A stretch of DNA of 64,000 nt from Candidatus Hodarchaeota archaeon (GTDB taxonomy: Archaea; Asgardarchaeota; Heimdallarchaeia; Hodarchaeales; Hodarchaeaceae): assembly GCA_029856365.1 (NCBI GenBank), contig JAHQWW010000006.1:1-64000 (forward strand), given 5' to 3'. Both the position numbers and the translations under genes were made by a program. Positions within the stretch are counted from its first letter, which is position 1, and every line of letters begins with the position of its first letter. Below, one piece after another: positions 33,028 through 43,223 of this stretch. The notes under the pieces were generated by a model that worked only from the letters and a program-made list of their open reading frames with translations, was not told the DNA's origin and made no database searches.

Positions 33028-33777
33028 ATGCAAAAATTATTGAGAAAAGTGTATAATCAAGAATATAATAGAATACTAAGTGGTGTCCCTGGTTTCGATA
33101 ATTTAGTTTTCGGTGGATTTCGTAAGAATTCAGTTAACGTAATTATTGCTGACCCTGGATGTGGAAAATCAACTTTTTGCTGGCAATTTTGCTCTGAAGA
33201 CTCCCAATCCCCCGCTCTGTATGTTTCTCTAGAACAGAATATTGATTCAGTATTTCAAGATTGCTGTGATATTGGACTTACTAAATTCAAAGAGAAATAT
33301 CGACGGGGAAGTTTACAATTTCAAGTTGCCTTTTCTGAAGATTCAGACTTAACTTCAGGTGAGATTGCTTTGCGTTTTTTTATGTCAGAGCTACCAAAGT
33401 ACCTAGAAGTCATCAAAGAAACTGCAGATAGCTATCAGGGTGGTATCCGTATAGCTATTGATCCTCTCACTCCATTACTTCTTGAAATTCCAGAATCAAA
33501 TCATCAAAGAAATGTCATCAACAGGATTTTTTCTTCGTTAAGAAAGATTGGAACTTCTGTCGTGACAATTGAAAAGGGATTTGGAAAAACACTCGCAAGA
33601 ATACCTCTTTTTTTGTCTGATTCAATAATTGAACTCGATCACATAGGATTAGGTGGAATATACAATAGAACTTTAAGCATACGTAAGTTTAGAGGATCTG
33701 CTCATTCAGAAATACCTCAACCAATTTGTTTTGAGAAAAATAAAGGTCTGATAGTCCATGATATCTCAAGTAATTGA
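33028..33777 (+). CDS. Single-domain KaiC/RAD55-like ATPase
   Basis: SGVPGFDNLVFGG, PGCGKS, YVSLEQ, RIAID, SDSII, RTLSIRKFRGSAH. Confidence 0.88.
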   Translation: MQKLLRKVYNQEYNRILSGVPGFDNLVFGGFRKNSVNVIIADPGCGKSTFCWQFCSEDSQSPALYVSLEQNIDSVFQDCCDIGLTKFKEKYRRGSLQFQVAFSEDSDLTSGEIALRFFMSELPKYLEVIKETADSYQGGIRIAIDPLTPLLLEIPESNHQRNVINRIFSSLRKIGTSVVTIEKGFGKTLARIPLFLSDSIIELDHIGLGGIYNRTLSIRKFRGSAHSEIPQPICFEKNKGLIVHDISSN

Positions 33778-34213
33778 CTCTCCAGTTATTAACTCTGATG
33801 TTCCTCCTACTGATCTATCGCCAGTAATGGCCTCACTTGACAAGGAGTTAACATACCTCGCGGATTTTACCGATGTACAAGCTGTAATCCTATTTCGACT
33901 AGATGGAAAAGTTATAAAATCCCAATATCGTTCAAAAGCTTCTCAAAATCTGTTAGTTGTTATGAAATGGGTGAAAAATATAATTTCTAAAACAATGGAG
34001 GAGCTTCAAGCAGGATCACGATGTATCAAATATGATAAAGAAATCAACAGGAAGGAAGCTATCCCAGTCTATTTTTATTGTGCTGGAAAAACTAGTATCG
34101 TTGTAACAATTCTCACTTCAGTAGCTAATACAGGTCTAATGGAAATCGAAATGAGTCGTAATGCACGACGAATAGGGGAGATTATTGACAAAAAAGAACC
34201 TTTAGGTGACTAA
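33758..34213 (+). CDS. Roadblock/longin/profilin-like fold protein
   Basis: DVQAVILFRLDGKVIKS start and ANTGLMEIEMSR..RRI end typical of Roadblock/LC7. Confidence 0.6.
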   Translation: MISQVIDSPVINSDVPPTDLSPVMASLDKELTYLADFTDVQAVILFRLDGKVIKSQYRSKASQNLLVVMKWVKNIISKTMEELQAGSRCIKYDKEINRKEAIPVYFYCAGKTSIVVTILTSVANTGLMEIEMSRNARRIGEIIDKKEPLGD

Positions 34214-34215
34214 AC

Positions 34216-35595
34216 CTGATAAAAGCGGCAACAGGTCTCTACATAGATCATGATTTAAAGCGAGCTACTATAAAAGCTCTCGAACAAGCTGAAGATGAGC
34301 TTGAAGTACAACCAAGTGCTATTCTATATTTCACGGGGTCACATCATGGGGGAGCGAAAACATATAACCAAGCAATGGCAGTAATAAAGGAGCGATATCC
34401 AAATGTTCCTCTAACAGGATGTTCTGGTCTCGGTATGGCCAATAAGAATGATTATGGATTAAAAGGGGCAGGAATGATGTTATTGGCTGGTATTACTGCT
34501 AAAAACACCATTATAAAACGGTTCCGTGTTGGTAACTGGCTTAAGACCAAGAAAGTCGTACGAAATTGTACGAAAACAGTTCAATCTGAAAGTAAAAGAA
34601 ATTCAAATACCACTCACATCTTCTTTCCTCCTGGCGTTGGATTTCCAAAGTTTATGGCAAATTTGTTGAATCACCGTATTGAGGGTATAAACCCTTTTAT
34701 GCCCTTCAATAACCGTATTTGGCGTAAATTTTCGATTCTTTCAAAAATAGTTGGAAAACCAACTGAACTATTAATGAATATTGCTGGAATCGGTTTTTCC
34801 TATTCTTCTTCATGGCCCCTTTTCACGCAGCTCTATAGAAGAGGCATACATTTTACAGGTAGTTTTGGCGCTGATCCATTAACCATGTTCAAAGCTTATC
34901 AATTCTATAACTACAAGGCCTTTAAAGATTCATTAGCATACATGTCAATAAGCTCTCCAAACCTCCAATTTGAGAGTAGAGCTGATTCAGGCGGAGAAAT
35001 TCTCCCTGATAAGAACCTTAGTCTTGATAGCTTCATTAATGGAGGATTCATTCCACGAATTCATGGAAAATGGGGTGCTGATGCTTTACTTGAATTATAT
35101 GGCATGGAGAATTGTCCTGATATCTTAGAAAGATGTACACAACGAGCTTTTTATGCCCATCCTTACAGACCACTCTGTGTTATTGATGGCCAACAGAACC
35201 TAAATCTCTACGGTTTAATCGTTAATCCGAACCTAAAGCATGCACTTGTCACAGCACCCCCTCAAATAGCTAAGAAATTACATTCCAATGATCCAAATCG
35301 ATATAAGGCATTTATTGGAGACCAAAGCTCAACTACAATTGAGTGTTCCTTAAAAAAAACTCTTAGGACATTAGTTACGAAAGATACGACTTTTGGTTTA
35401 TTTTTCGATTGTGCAAATAGAACTATGGTTCTTGGAGATAAATTTGGTAAGTATCTTGAGAATTTTAAAGATCACCTTGGGAAAACCCCATATCTTGTTA
35501 TCCTTTCAGGTGGGGAAGTCAACTCTCAGGATTATCCCATAGTAAATTTCACCACAGTTTCTCACGTAGCCAATAAGACCACACCTGTTCACTGA
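34216..35595 (+). CDS. FIST-domain sensory protein (N-terminus extended to a CTG start)
   Basis: In-frame upstream extension LIKAATG...PSAILYF.GSHH joins PLTGCSG; C-terminal FFDCANR and SGGE motifs. Confidence 0.8.
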   Translation: MIKAATGLYIDHDLKRATIKALEQAEDELEVQPSAILYFTGSHHGGAKTYNQAMAVIKERYPNVPLTGCSGLGMANKNDYGLKGAGMMLLAGITAKNTIIKRFRVGNWLKTKKVVRNCTKTVQSESKRNSNTTHIFFPPGVGFPKFMANLLNHRIEGINPFMPFNNRIWRKFSILSKIVGKPTELLMNIAGIGFSYSSSWPLFTQLYRRGIHFTGSFGADPLTMFKAYQFYNYKAFKDSLAYMSISSPNLQFESRADSGGEILPDKNLSLDSFINGGFIPRIHGKWGADALLELYGMENCPDILERCTQRAFYAHPYRPLCVIDGQQNLNLYGLIVNPNLKHALVTAPPQIAKKLHSNDPNRYKAFIGDQSSTTIECSLKKTLRTLVTKDTTFGLFFDCANRTMVLGDKFGKYLENFKDHLGKTPYLVILSGGEVNSQDYPIVNFTTVSHVANKTTPVH

Positions 35596-35641
35596 AATAA
35601 CTCCTTTTATCAAAAACAAATAATGACAGAATAGGATAAAT

Positions 35642-37015
35642 ATGTCATTCATTTATACAATCCTTGGTATTTCAGCTTTTCCTTCAGATTTACGAAACCT
35701 AAGCCTCAAATATTGTGGTTTACATGTTGTAGTCTCCGGAATCTATCTGAGTTATGCTTGGATATCATTATATTATTTATCAATTCTAGATTCCTTTATT
35801 GTTTTTGGAATAATCTTGTCCATTGGAATGCTTTGTGGAGCCATTCTTGACCTACCCCTTGGTGTCCTAACGGATTATTTTGGTCAGAGGATTGCGTTCA
35901 GTGTCGCATTATCTTGTTTATTTGTATACTACTTTGGACTTATTTTTGCCTCAAAACCTATTGAATTACTATTCTTAGAAATTATTGTTGGAATTTATTC
36001 TGCACTCCTTTCTGGATCGTTTAATGCTTGGTTTATGAACACTTGGGAATTTATCTCGTCAAAAGGAAATGAATTATCCTTCCGTAATATAATGGGAAGT
36101 GTCAATTTTGTGAAGACAATTGTAGCCGCTGTTGCAGCATTCATTGGAGGATTTCTACTTTATCAAACCCAGGTTCAACCACAAACTATCTTTCTGTTAC
36201 AAGCTTTAATTGCAGCTATAGGAATTATTCTCGGATTAAAATTCATATCTTCTCCCTTTTCGATAAAGAGAAGAATATTGCATAAAGAAGAGAGAATGAA
36301 TTTCTTATCCCAAATTAATAATCGTGAAGCATCTAGATTAGCCAAAAAAATTCAGTATGTAAAAGAGAAATATATTATTATCACTCCTTTCTTCATAAGT
36401 TTTTCTCTCTTGGCTTTTACTTCTGTCTCCTTTAGTACGGTGGTTTTTTCTTCCTTATTATACGACATTAGTTCTCCAATTCAGATTTTCAAACAAAGTA
36501 ACTATGAAATTCATTTTGCTGCAATTTCGATAATACTCATCTCAATGATTCGAGCGATTTCAGATATCATCTTTGCAGTTGCTAGTCGCTTTTCTGGAAA
36601 AGTAACTTCTTTCATTAGCTCTCCTTATAAAGGATTGCTTATATTTTATACTCTTAATTATCCAATTAGTTGGATTACATATTTAGGCATCGTAGTTATC
36701 AATTTCTCTCCAAATATAAAACTAAATCTGGTCATTCTAACATTTTTTCTGAGAATAGTCTTAATAGGACTTACTACTGGCCTTTACTGGCAATTATATC
36801 TCAATATTACTTCTTCTGAAACAAGAAGCTCTCAGGAATCCCTTTTTAACACAATTAATTCATTCCTTTCAATAATAGGGTATGGATTACTAGGTGTGAT
36901 AATTGAATTTTACAGATTCAGGGGCGCTATGATCTTTTTACTTGCTGTAAGCTGTTTAGGAATGCTTATACTGGTTCTTGTCAAAAATCCTGATAATATT
37001 TCTCAAATACATTAA
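35642..37015 (+). CDS. MFS transporter
   Basis: DLPLGVLTDYFGQR motif A, ~12 TM. Confidence 0.85.
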   Translation: MSFIYTILGISAFPSDLRNLSLKYCGLHVVVSGIYLSYAWISLYYLSILDSFIVFGIILSIGMLCGAILDLPLGVLTDYFGQRIAFSVALSCLFVYYFGLIFASKPIELLFLEIIVGIYSALLSGSFNAWFMNTWEFISSKGNELSFRNIMGSVNFVKTIVAAVAAFIGGFLLYQTQVQPQTIFLLQALIAAIGIILGLKFISSPFSIKRRILHKEERMNFLSQINNREASRLAKKIQYVKEKYIIITPFFISFSLLAFTSVSFSTVVFSSLLYDISSPIQIFKQSNYEIHFAAISIILISMIRAISDIIFAVASRFSGKVTSFISSPYKGLLIFYTLNYPISWITYLGIVVINFSPNIKLNLVILTFFLRIVLIGLTTGLYWQLYLNITSSETRSSQESLFNTINSFLSIIGYGLLGVIIEFYRFRGAMIFLLAVSCLGMLILVLVKNPDNISQIH

Positions 37016-37064
37016 GTGATTATTAAAGATAACAAAGAAAAATCTTTTGAAATAGGATTTTTTT

Positions 37065-37928
37065 ATGTCATTCTTTTTTCATTCAATAGAAGTAAATTTC
37101 GTTAATATGATTAAAGGTGAGAGAACTTTGATTGAGGCATCAAAAAATCCCCTTATTGTGTTTTTGACGGATTTTGGCAGTGATCCTTATGTTGGTATAA
37201 TGAAAGGGAGAATTCTTCAAATAAATCCCTTAGTTAGAATTATTTCACTAACTAATAATATAAACACACAAGACATTCGTCATGCTGCTTTTGTCTTGTT
37301 GAAATCATACAAGTATTTTCCACCTCATACAATCTTTTTAGCTATTGTAGACCCTGGAGTTGGTGGCCCAAGAAAGGCAATTGCAGCCAAAAAAGATGAT
37401 TACTACTTCATTGGACCTGATAATGGCATTCTATCACCTATCTTTTCCGATAATAAGGATGTAATTGTTGTTGATCTTCCGATCCCTGATGAAGCTTCAC
37501 ATACTTTTCATGGACGAGATGTATTCGCTCCTGCAGCTGGTAAACTTAGCCAGACTTATTTACTTAAAGATCTAGGCCCCATCAGTGCCATTCAAACCTC
37601 CTTTGATTTCTACTGGGATCATGTTACATTAACAGGGGAAGTTATTTTTATTGATCATTTTGGAAATATCATAACTAATATTCCCAATTCAATGAATCTA
37701 CAATATAACAAAGAGTATCTATTATTAACGACCAAGACTAAAGTAATACTAAGTTTTAAGGGAAGTTACTTTGAAGGTTCTGATGTAAACCCATTTCTCG
37801 TTATTAGTAGCTATGAAACAATAGAAATCTCTCTCCAAAATGGAAGAGCTGCAGATATTTTAGATATTACTCCAGGTGATCGAATCCAAATTCGCTCTGT
37901 TGATAAAAAGATTAAGATTGACAAGTAA
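37065..37928 (+). CDS. SAM hydroxide adenosyltransferase (DUF62) family
   Basis: LTDFG, VDPGVG, GPDNG, TFHGRDVF, IDHFGN. Confidence 0.92.
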   Translation: MSFFFHSIEVNFVNMIKGERTLIEASKNPLIVFLTDFGSDPYVGIMKGRILQINPLVRIISLTNNINTQDIRHAAFVLLKSYKYFPPHTIFLAIVDPGVGGPRKAIAAKKDDYYFIGPDNGILSPIFSDNKDVIVVDLPIPDEASHTFHGRDVFAPAAGKLSQTYLLKDLGPISAIQTSFDFYWDHVTLTGEVIFIDHFGNIITNIPNSMNLQYNKEYLLLTTKTKVILSFKGSYFEGSDVNPFLVISSYETIEISLQNGRAADILDITPGDRIQIRSVDKKIKIDK

Positions 37929-37944
37929 AAAGTTCTAGAAAAAA

Positions 37945-39456
37945 CTAGGATATCCCTAGGAAACCACGTAAAGCAGGATTCATTTCCGCGACTCTTTCTT
38001 TACTTATCAATTCAAAGTATTGCCTCATAATACTAACTGAGAGCAAAATACCCATACCAGAACCGATTGCTCCAAGGAAATCAGCAAAAGCTGCAAGACA
38101 ACCAATGAATAATCCACCTATAACAGCTATTGTAGGAATATACATCTCTAATCGACGTTCAACAATCTTTTTGCTTCGGCGCCAGCCTGGCATCTGCATT
38201 CCTGATTGTAAGAACTGGCTTGCTACATCTCGAGGACCCATTCCAGCAGTTTCTAACCACATGACCGAAAAAATGACTGAAAGGACGATTAGAATAGCTG
38301 CATAAATGAAGGCACGAGCTATGGATGCTATTGGATTGGCAGGATTGATAACCCCAAGATCCCCGATAAAAGATCGTGGGGGGGTTAAGAAATAAACAAG
38401 ACCACTTGTTGGAACATATTGTCCAGAAGATTCACTAAATGTTCCTAGAAAAGCAGCTAATGGATTATTGGGATTTTGTCTACCAACGGTATTCCAGACC
38501 ATTTGGGCGATGAAGTAAATGTCGGCAAATACGGCCGAGGTTAGGATGACTGGGATATTTGACACGTAAAGCAGTTTAATAGGATAAGTGGAACGGATCC
38601 CCTTATATTGTGCATAAGAAATCGGAATTTCAATCCGCATTGATTCAAAATAGATGACAATGATAAACACAACAATGGTAGCGATTACAGAAAGGAGAGA
38701 CAAAGAAGGTAGATTTACATTTTCAGCAGGACTATAGCGGAGAAATAATGCAGTTATTGCCTCAATAGGACCGCGTTGTGTAGCCCAAGCAAAAAATGCA
38801 AGAGCAATCCCTCGAAATGAGGTCACCCCCAATTCGGGAGATGTTATATATCCTTCCCCAAGTGCTTGTGCTGCAAATAGGCCCTGAAAAATTTGCAAGC
38901 CAACACCCCCCGCAATGAATAGCGAAATTCCTGATCCTAAACCCCAACCTTTCTGAATCATTTCATCAAGAAGAATGATGATAATACCTGCTGCTAATAA
39001 TTGAGCAATTATTGCTAATTGCCTTCCAGGATCAAGATTAGTTCCATAAGTTCCTCCGATTAAGAAGGCACTAGCCTCTATGATTGTCATTGCTACTGAC
39101 ATAACCTTTTGTGCACCAGTATAGAGAGATCTCTCTTCCGGATCTCCCATATTTACATTGATAATTTTAGATCCTACTAAGATCTGCATAATGAGTCCTG
39201 CGGTTACTATAGGGCCAATTCCAAGCTCGGCCAAGGATCCTTGAGTTGACGCCGTGATTGTCCGCATAAAGGCAAAAGGGTCACTCTCTCCTAAATCAGC
39301 CCCAATAATAGGAGTTGATGCCATTACAAAATAAATAACAAGAGCAGCGAATGTCCAGATCATTTTCTCATTGAAATGAACCTCACGGGTTGGTTTAACA
39401 ACTTCTGGGGTTATTGACATGAACGGCCGAACAGCTTGAAGAAACCTAGATGTCAT
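37945..39456 (-). CDS. secY: Preprotein translocase SecY/Sec61alpha
   Basis: ELGIGPIVTAG, KGWGLGSGISLFIA, YPIKLLYVSNIP, GSGMGILL; ATG 39456 follows GGAGG. Confidence 0.98.
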   Translation of the reverse strand: MTSRFLQAVRPFMSITPEVVKPTREVHFNEKMIWTFAALVIYFVMASTPIIGADLGESDPFAFMRTITASTQGSLAELGIGPIVTAGLIMQILVGSKIINVNMGDPEERSLYTGAQKVMSVAMTIIEASAFLIGGTYGTNLDPGRQLAIIAQLLAAGIIIILLDEMIQKGWGLGSGISLFIAGGVGLQIFQGLFAAQALGEGYITSPELGVTSFRGIALAFFAWATQRGPIEAITALFLRYSPAENVNLPSLSLLSVIATIVVFIIVIYFESMRIEIPISYAQYKGIRSTYPIKLLYVSNIPVILTSAVFADIYFIAQMVWNTVGRQNPNNPLAAFLGTFSESSGQYVPTSGLVYFLTPPRSFIGDLGVINPANPIASIARAFIYAAILIVLSVIFSVMWLETAGMGPRDVASQFLQSGMQMPGWRRSKKIVERRLEMYIPTIAVIGGLFIGCLAAFADFLGAIGSGMGILLSVSIMRQYFELISKERVAEMNPALRGFLGIS

Positions 39457-40190
39457 ATAATGAACCTCCAAAATTGAATGAGCGGTTCTAATACATAGGA
39501 ACTCAGATTTATACTATAGTTAAATCTATTAGAGATTAAAGGATTGTTTTATCTATATATTCAACTTTGTTTTCTTTTTTTATTGATTTAGTTTCTATTT
39601 ATTTCACTCGCAATGAAAGAAGGAATGGAGTCATTGAGGTTATTAGGGGAAGGGGTTGAAGTTTAAAAGCATTATACTAAATTAAGACATGAATAACATC
39701 CACAGAAGGCTAAAAAAAAGAATGAAGAATTATTATAATAATGAAGGATGGAAAAAGAGGATTTAAAAAAATATTTATTAAAAAAGGGGTTAAGAAGAAG
39801 TATTTGGGGAATCTATAATCCATTCATTTTTGCGTTATTTCTATCTTTTTTTACTTCTCTACTGTTATTTTCTCTCCCCAACTCTTTTTCGCTTTTGTTC
39901 TGTCATCTTATACTTTCTTCCCACTTTGAAACTTTTAATTCCCTCATCTGATTTCATTTTTTATCAGATTTATTGTTTCAATTCACCATATACAGTTATG
40001 GTTGCTTGTACCTATTGTTTAATTTATTTCAGTAAAGTTTTGCAATAAAAGATAAAATATTTTATACTGTGTAAAACGAGACCGTGTCAGCCATAATCTG
40101 CAAGTTCAGGTGGATTATCAGAATATCAATCTCTTAATCGATACTAGCGTTGCTATTGATAACAAAGGCAAATCCTAGGAGCATTCGAAG

Positions 40191-42287
40191 ATGAAAAGGA
40201 AACTAGAATCTAGCTTGAATTTTTTCCTCATTGTTATGATAGTTTCTACCCTTCTCGTGACAATAAATATAAACGTTGCCCAGGGAATCTCTAGAAATAA
40301 TGAAAATTTTTATCAAGCCGAAGTAGAACAGAATAATATAGATTTACTAAATTTTTTTGACGTTAATGACTTCACTAATACAAGCCACGAAATAACTGTA
40401 AGTCGGGAAATAATAGGCAATCCTTATGGTTATACTACCTCATATACTAAAATTCATCTACACCTGTCTGAAAATGCCTCCCAACTGATAAATGCTTTTA
40501 ATTATACTATTCCATCTCATGAACTTCTTGATACAAAATATCTGGAAATTTATTCTCTAAACGATACTAACATAGAGTCCACTGAAGTTTTAAGTACAAT
40601 AAAGAAAAATGAATCAACTACATTTGTCGTTAAAATTCCATCAGTTGAAAAAAATCAATTTTTATCAATAATAATAAAGATGGATCATCTTAATGCCATA
40701 ACATTTGAAGAGAAGGCTAAACTCGAGTCCTCAACCTTTCCTTATCAATTTAATCTCAGTTTTCTTCCTCTGATTTCTTTTCCAATTACATCTTATAATT
40801 TACAGTGGAAAGTAGGGGATGATATCGAGGTTAACGTGGAGAATGATTCCATTCAACCAACAAGGGATGCTTTTACAGGTGATTTCTCAGAAGATACTTC
40901 CTATGGGTTAGTTTTTGAAAATATAACTGAACTTTCAACCATTAACAGATCCTTATTAAATCAATCTGAATATGGAAACTATAATCTTACTGCATTACAA
41001 AATCGGCCGTTCATTCCAGCCTATATTCCAACTCAAGCCACCAATTTCAAATCCTATCTTTCTTTCGCCTATTTCCAGAAAGCAAATACAAAAATTGAAT
41101 TCACAGAGTTGAAATCAGTGGTCACCGTATCAGAGTGGGGATATGTTACTACTAGTCATGAAATTACGCTCCATAATATTGGTATTAAATCGGGTTCCAG
41201 TTTATCTACAGCTCTTGGCGGATCATCATTTCCTATTACTTTTTATCTTCCTGAAAGTGCTAGAAAAATTGGATTACATGATAATTATGGGAATCTCACA
41301 CCATCAATATCCCTAGACTCTGTACTAAGTAAGAAGATCTTGAGAATCAATCCATTAGGCCAAGACCAAAATTGTCCCAGAATCCAAATAGAACAAGATG
41401 CAAGATATAATTTGTATCTATCTTACCGAGAAGAAGTTTCAGATCTTATAAAAGACGTAGGAGGAGGTAAAACTCAATTACGAATTCCTTTGGCTATGAA
41501 CTTTAACTGGACAATTCAAAGATTTGAATTTAATCTATTATTACCTCATGGTTCGAGCTACAACAGAACCAGTATAATAAATTCAATAGAGCAAAAAGCT
41601 TTGAGAGAATCTACTCATAATTCTTCAATACGAAAAAATGAACTCCTTGGGATCTTCGATAAAACTGGTTTCAAAATAATTTTTAAGGATCTAACCCCCC
41701 TCAGCAACCAATACCTCAACATTGATTTTCGTCTTTCCTTTCTTTATTTTGTAAATACTCCTCTTTCCATCTGTATTCTGTTTTTACTTCTAGGTATAGC
41801 TTATACAATCGTTCGCAATCTCTCGTTCGGTTTTAAACCCAAAAGAATAACATTAGAGGAAATACCTCTGGATTTAATAAAGGAGTTTGTGAAAGCTTAC
41901 GAAGAAAAGACTGCAATTAGAGAACAAATACTAAGGCTTGATCGAAAACGGAAATCAAAGAAAATAAACCAACGAGAGTATGAACAAACCCGAATAATTT
42001 TAGGGAATCGCCAAAAAGAAATCGATCGTTCAATTGTATCAGTATCAAAAAAATTAGCAGAAAAAGAACCACGATATAGAATATCCATGAGATCCATCGA
42101 AGTTGCGGAAGCTAATCGAGAAGACATTCTACAAAATATTGAATCACTTGAACTGAAGAAGACCCAGGGGAGGATTGGTAAAGAAGCTTATGCCAAGCTA
42201 AAATTAAATTATGATAAGCAGCTTCGTAAGGCAAACAACGAGGTCGATAAGGTTTTAATTGATCTACGCTCGCTACTTTCAAAATGA
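40191..42287 (+). CDS. Ribophorin I (RPN1/Ost1) homologue
   Basis: Signal peptide, VTVSEWGYVTTSHEITLHNIG, LPESA...HDNYGNL, LLPHGS, single TM, cytosolic helical tail. Confidence 0.8.
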   Translation: MKRKLESSLNFFLIVMIVSTLLVTININVAQGISRNNENFYQAEVEQNNIDLLNFFDVNDFTNTSHEITVSREIIGNPYGYTTSYTKIHLHLSENASQLINAFNYTIPSHELLDTKYLEIYSLNDTNIESTEVLSTIKKNESTTFVVKIPSVEKNQFLSIIIKMDHLNAITFEEKAKLESSTFPYQFNLSFLPLISFPITSYNLQWKVGDDIEVNVENDSIQPTRDAFTGDFSEDTSYGLVFENITELSTINRSLLNQSEYGNYNLTALQNRPFIPAYIPTQATNFKSYLSFAYFQKANTKIEFTELKSVVTVSEWGYVTTSHEITLHNIGIKSGSSLSTALGGSSFPITFYLPESARKIGLHDNYGNLTPSISLDSVLSKKILRINPLGQDQNCPRIQIEQDARYNLYLSYREEVSDLIKDVGGGKTQLRIPLAMNFNWTIQRFEFNLLLPHGSSYNRTSIINSIEQKALRESTHNSSIRKNELLGIFDKTGFKIIFKDLTPLSNQYLNIDFRLSFLYFVNTPLSICILFLLLGIAYTIVRNLSFGFKPKRITLEEIPLDLIKEFVKAYEEKTAIREQILRLDRKRKSKKINQREYEQTRIILGNRQKEIDRSIVSVSKKLAEKEPRYRISMRSIEVAEANREDILQNIESLELKKTQGRIGKEAYAKLKLNYDKQLRKANNEVDKVLIDLRSLLSK

Positions 42288-42529
42288 GGTGCATAAGTAT
42301 CCCTCGGAAGATCATAATCAACCATAATCTTTGTATTAGATGTCTAAAATGCATCCGAAGTTGTCCTGCAGAGATTTTGATTCAAGAAAATCTAGGTGGA
42401 AAAATTTCAAACGAAATAATTAAAATTACGAACCCTAACTTATGTTTTGAATGTCGAGCTTGTGAAGTTATTTGCCCTGTATTTGCCATCAATGTCATGT
42501 GTGCTGTCAAAAATATTTCAGCCCCGTAG
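42284..42529 (+). CDS. 2x[4Fe-4S] ferredoxin
   Basis: CIRCLKCIRSCP and CFECRACEVICP. Confidence 0.88.
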   Translation: MRCISIPRKIIINHNLCIRCLKCIRSCPAEILIQENLGGKISNEIIKITNPNLCFECRACEVICPVFAINVMCAVKNISAP

Positions 42530-42623
42530 TGTAGCGGACCATCATACGAGGTTTTGGTCCTCGAGACCCCAGTTCGAATCAAGAGCATAAAAATGCTTGT
42601 TTGCGATATTCTGGGCGGGGCTA
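42520..42623 (+). tRNA. tRNA-Gln(UUG) with 31-nt T-loop intron at 59/60 (42579-42609)
   Basis: agccccg/cggggct acceptor, cgagg-tt-TTG-gt-cctcg, T-stem cccag/ctggg interrupted by a hairpin intron with a relaxed BHB. Confidence 0.9.
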
Positions 42624-42716
42624 TGCTCTCATTTTTATTTATCCAGAAAAAAATTCTAACAACAACAGGTTTATCTTCAAATTAGTTTGTAATGCTAACA
42701 TGGGAACATTATTTTC

Positions 42717-43001
42717 TTATTTTTGAGTATGTGACAACGAAAAAGGTTTACCTTCTGAAAGAACCTTAGTTGGTATCTTATCTTGATTAGATGAAAGAAA
42801 TTTTAGATCTTCATCCTTATTTCTTAAATCATCTGGTAACATTACTGGTATTGTCCCTTTGATGGGATAATAACGATTACATTCCGAACAAACGATAAGA
42901 CCAGTTTCAATTTCTGTTTCATCCTCTTTAAAGATGAATAATTCTAATTTAGGGTTTTTACAGATTGGACAGGCTAAGATTTCTAATAAGTTCTTTTTCA
43001 T
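42717..43001 (-). CDS. trm112: Trm112 methyltransferase activator
   Basis: LLEILACPIC...GLIVCSECNRYYPIKGTIPVMLP. Confidence 0.92.
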   Translation of the reverse strand: MKKNLLEILACPICKNPKLELFIFKEDETEIETGLIVCSECNRYYPIKGTIPVMLPDDLRNKDEDLKFLSSNQDKIPTKVLSEGKPFSLSHTQK

Positions 43002-43048
43002 TTATTTTCATCTCTTACTCTATATGAAACCTTAAAAATCAAAACAGT

Positions 43049-43118
43049 CACTTCAGACGGCTCTTCACGCGTTCATTGTTGTAACACAACTCATTCGGGG
43101 ATAACATCATCATTAGTG
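43049..43118 (-). ncRNA. Box C/D guide sRNA with two 23S rRNA guides
   Basis: Minus strand: C ATGATGA, guide TGTTATCCCCGA, D' ATGA, hairpin, degenerate C', guide GTGAAGAGCCGT, D CTGA, terminal stem cact/agtg. Confidence 0.8.
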
Positions 43119-43223
43119 TCGAGATTGAATTAATCATCAAGGATATATCACAGGAACAATTTTTTGAATATCACTGAAGAGAGAGTTTCCTTCTCAATTA
43201 ACTATCATATCATGATTTGATAA

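Noticed and set aside
39613-40048. Hydrophobic ORFs between secY and RPN1 as possible OST4/Sec61beta-like genes
   Set aside because: Hydrophobicity arises from a low-complexity pyrimidine tract; two overlapping frames look equally hydrophobic and neither has family motifs
40088-40135. Two CTGA boxes on the minus strand upstream of RPN1
   Set aside because: No convincing C box; guide target uncertain
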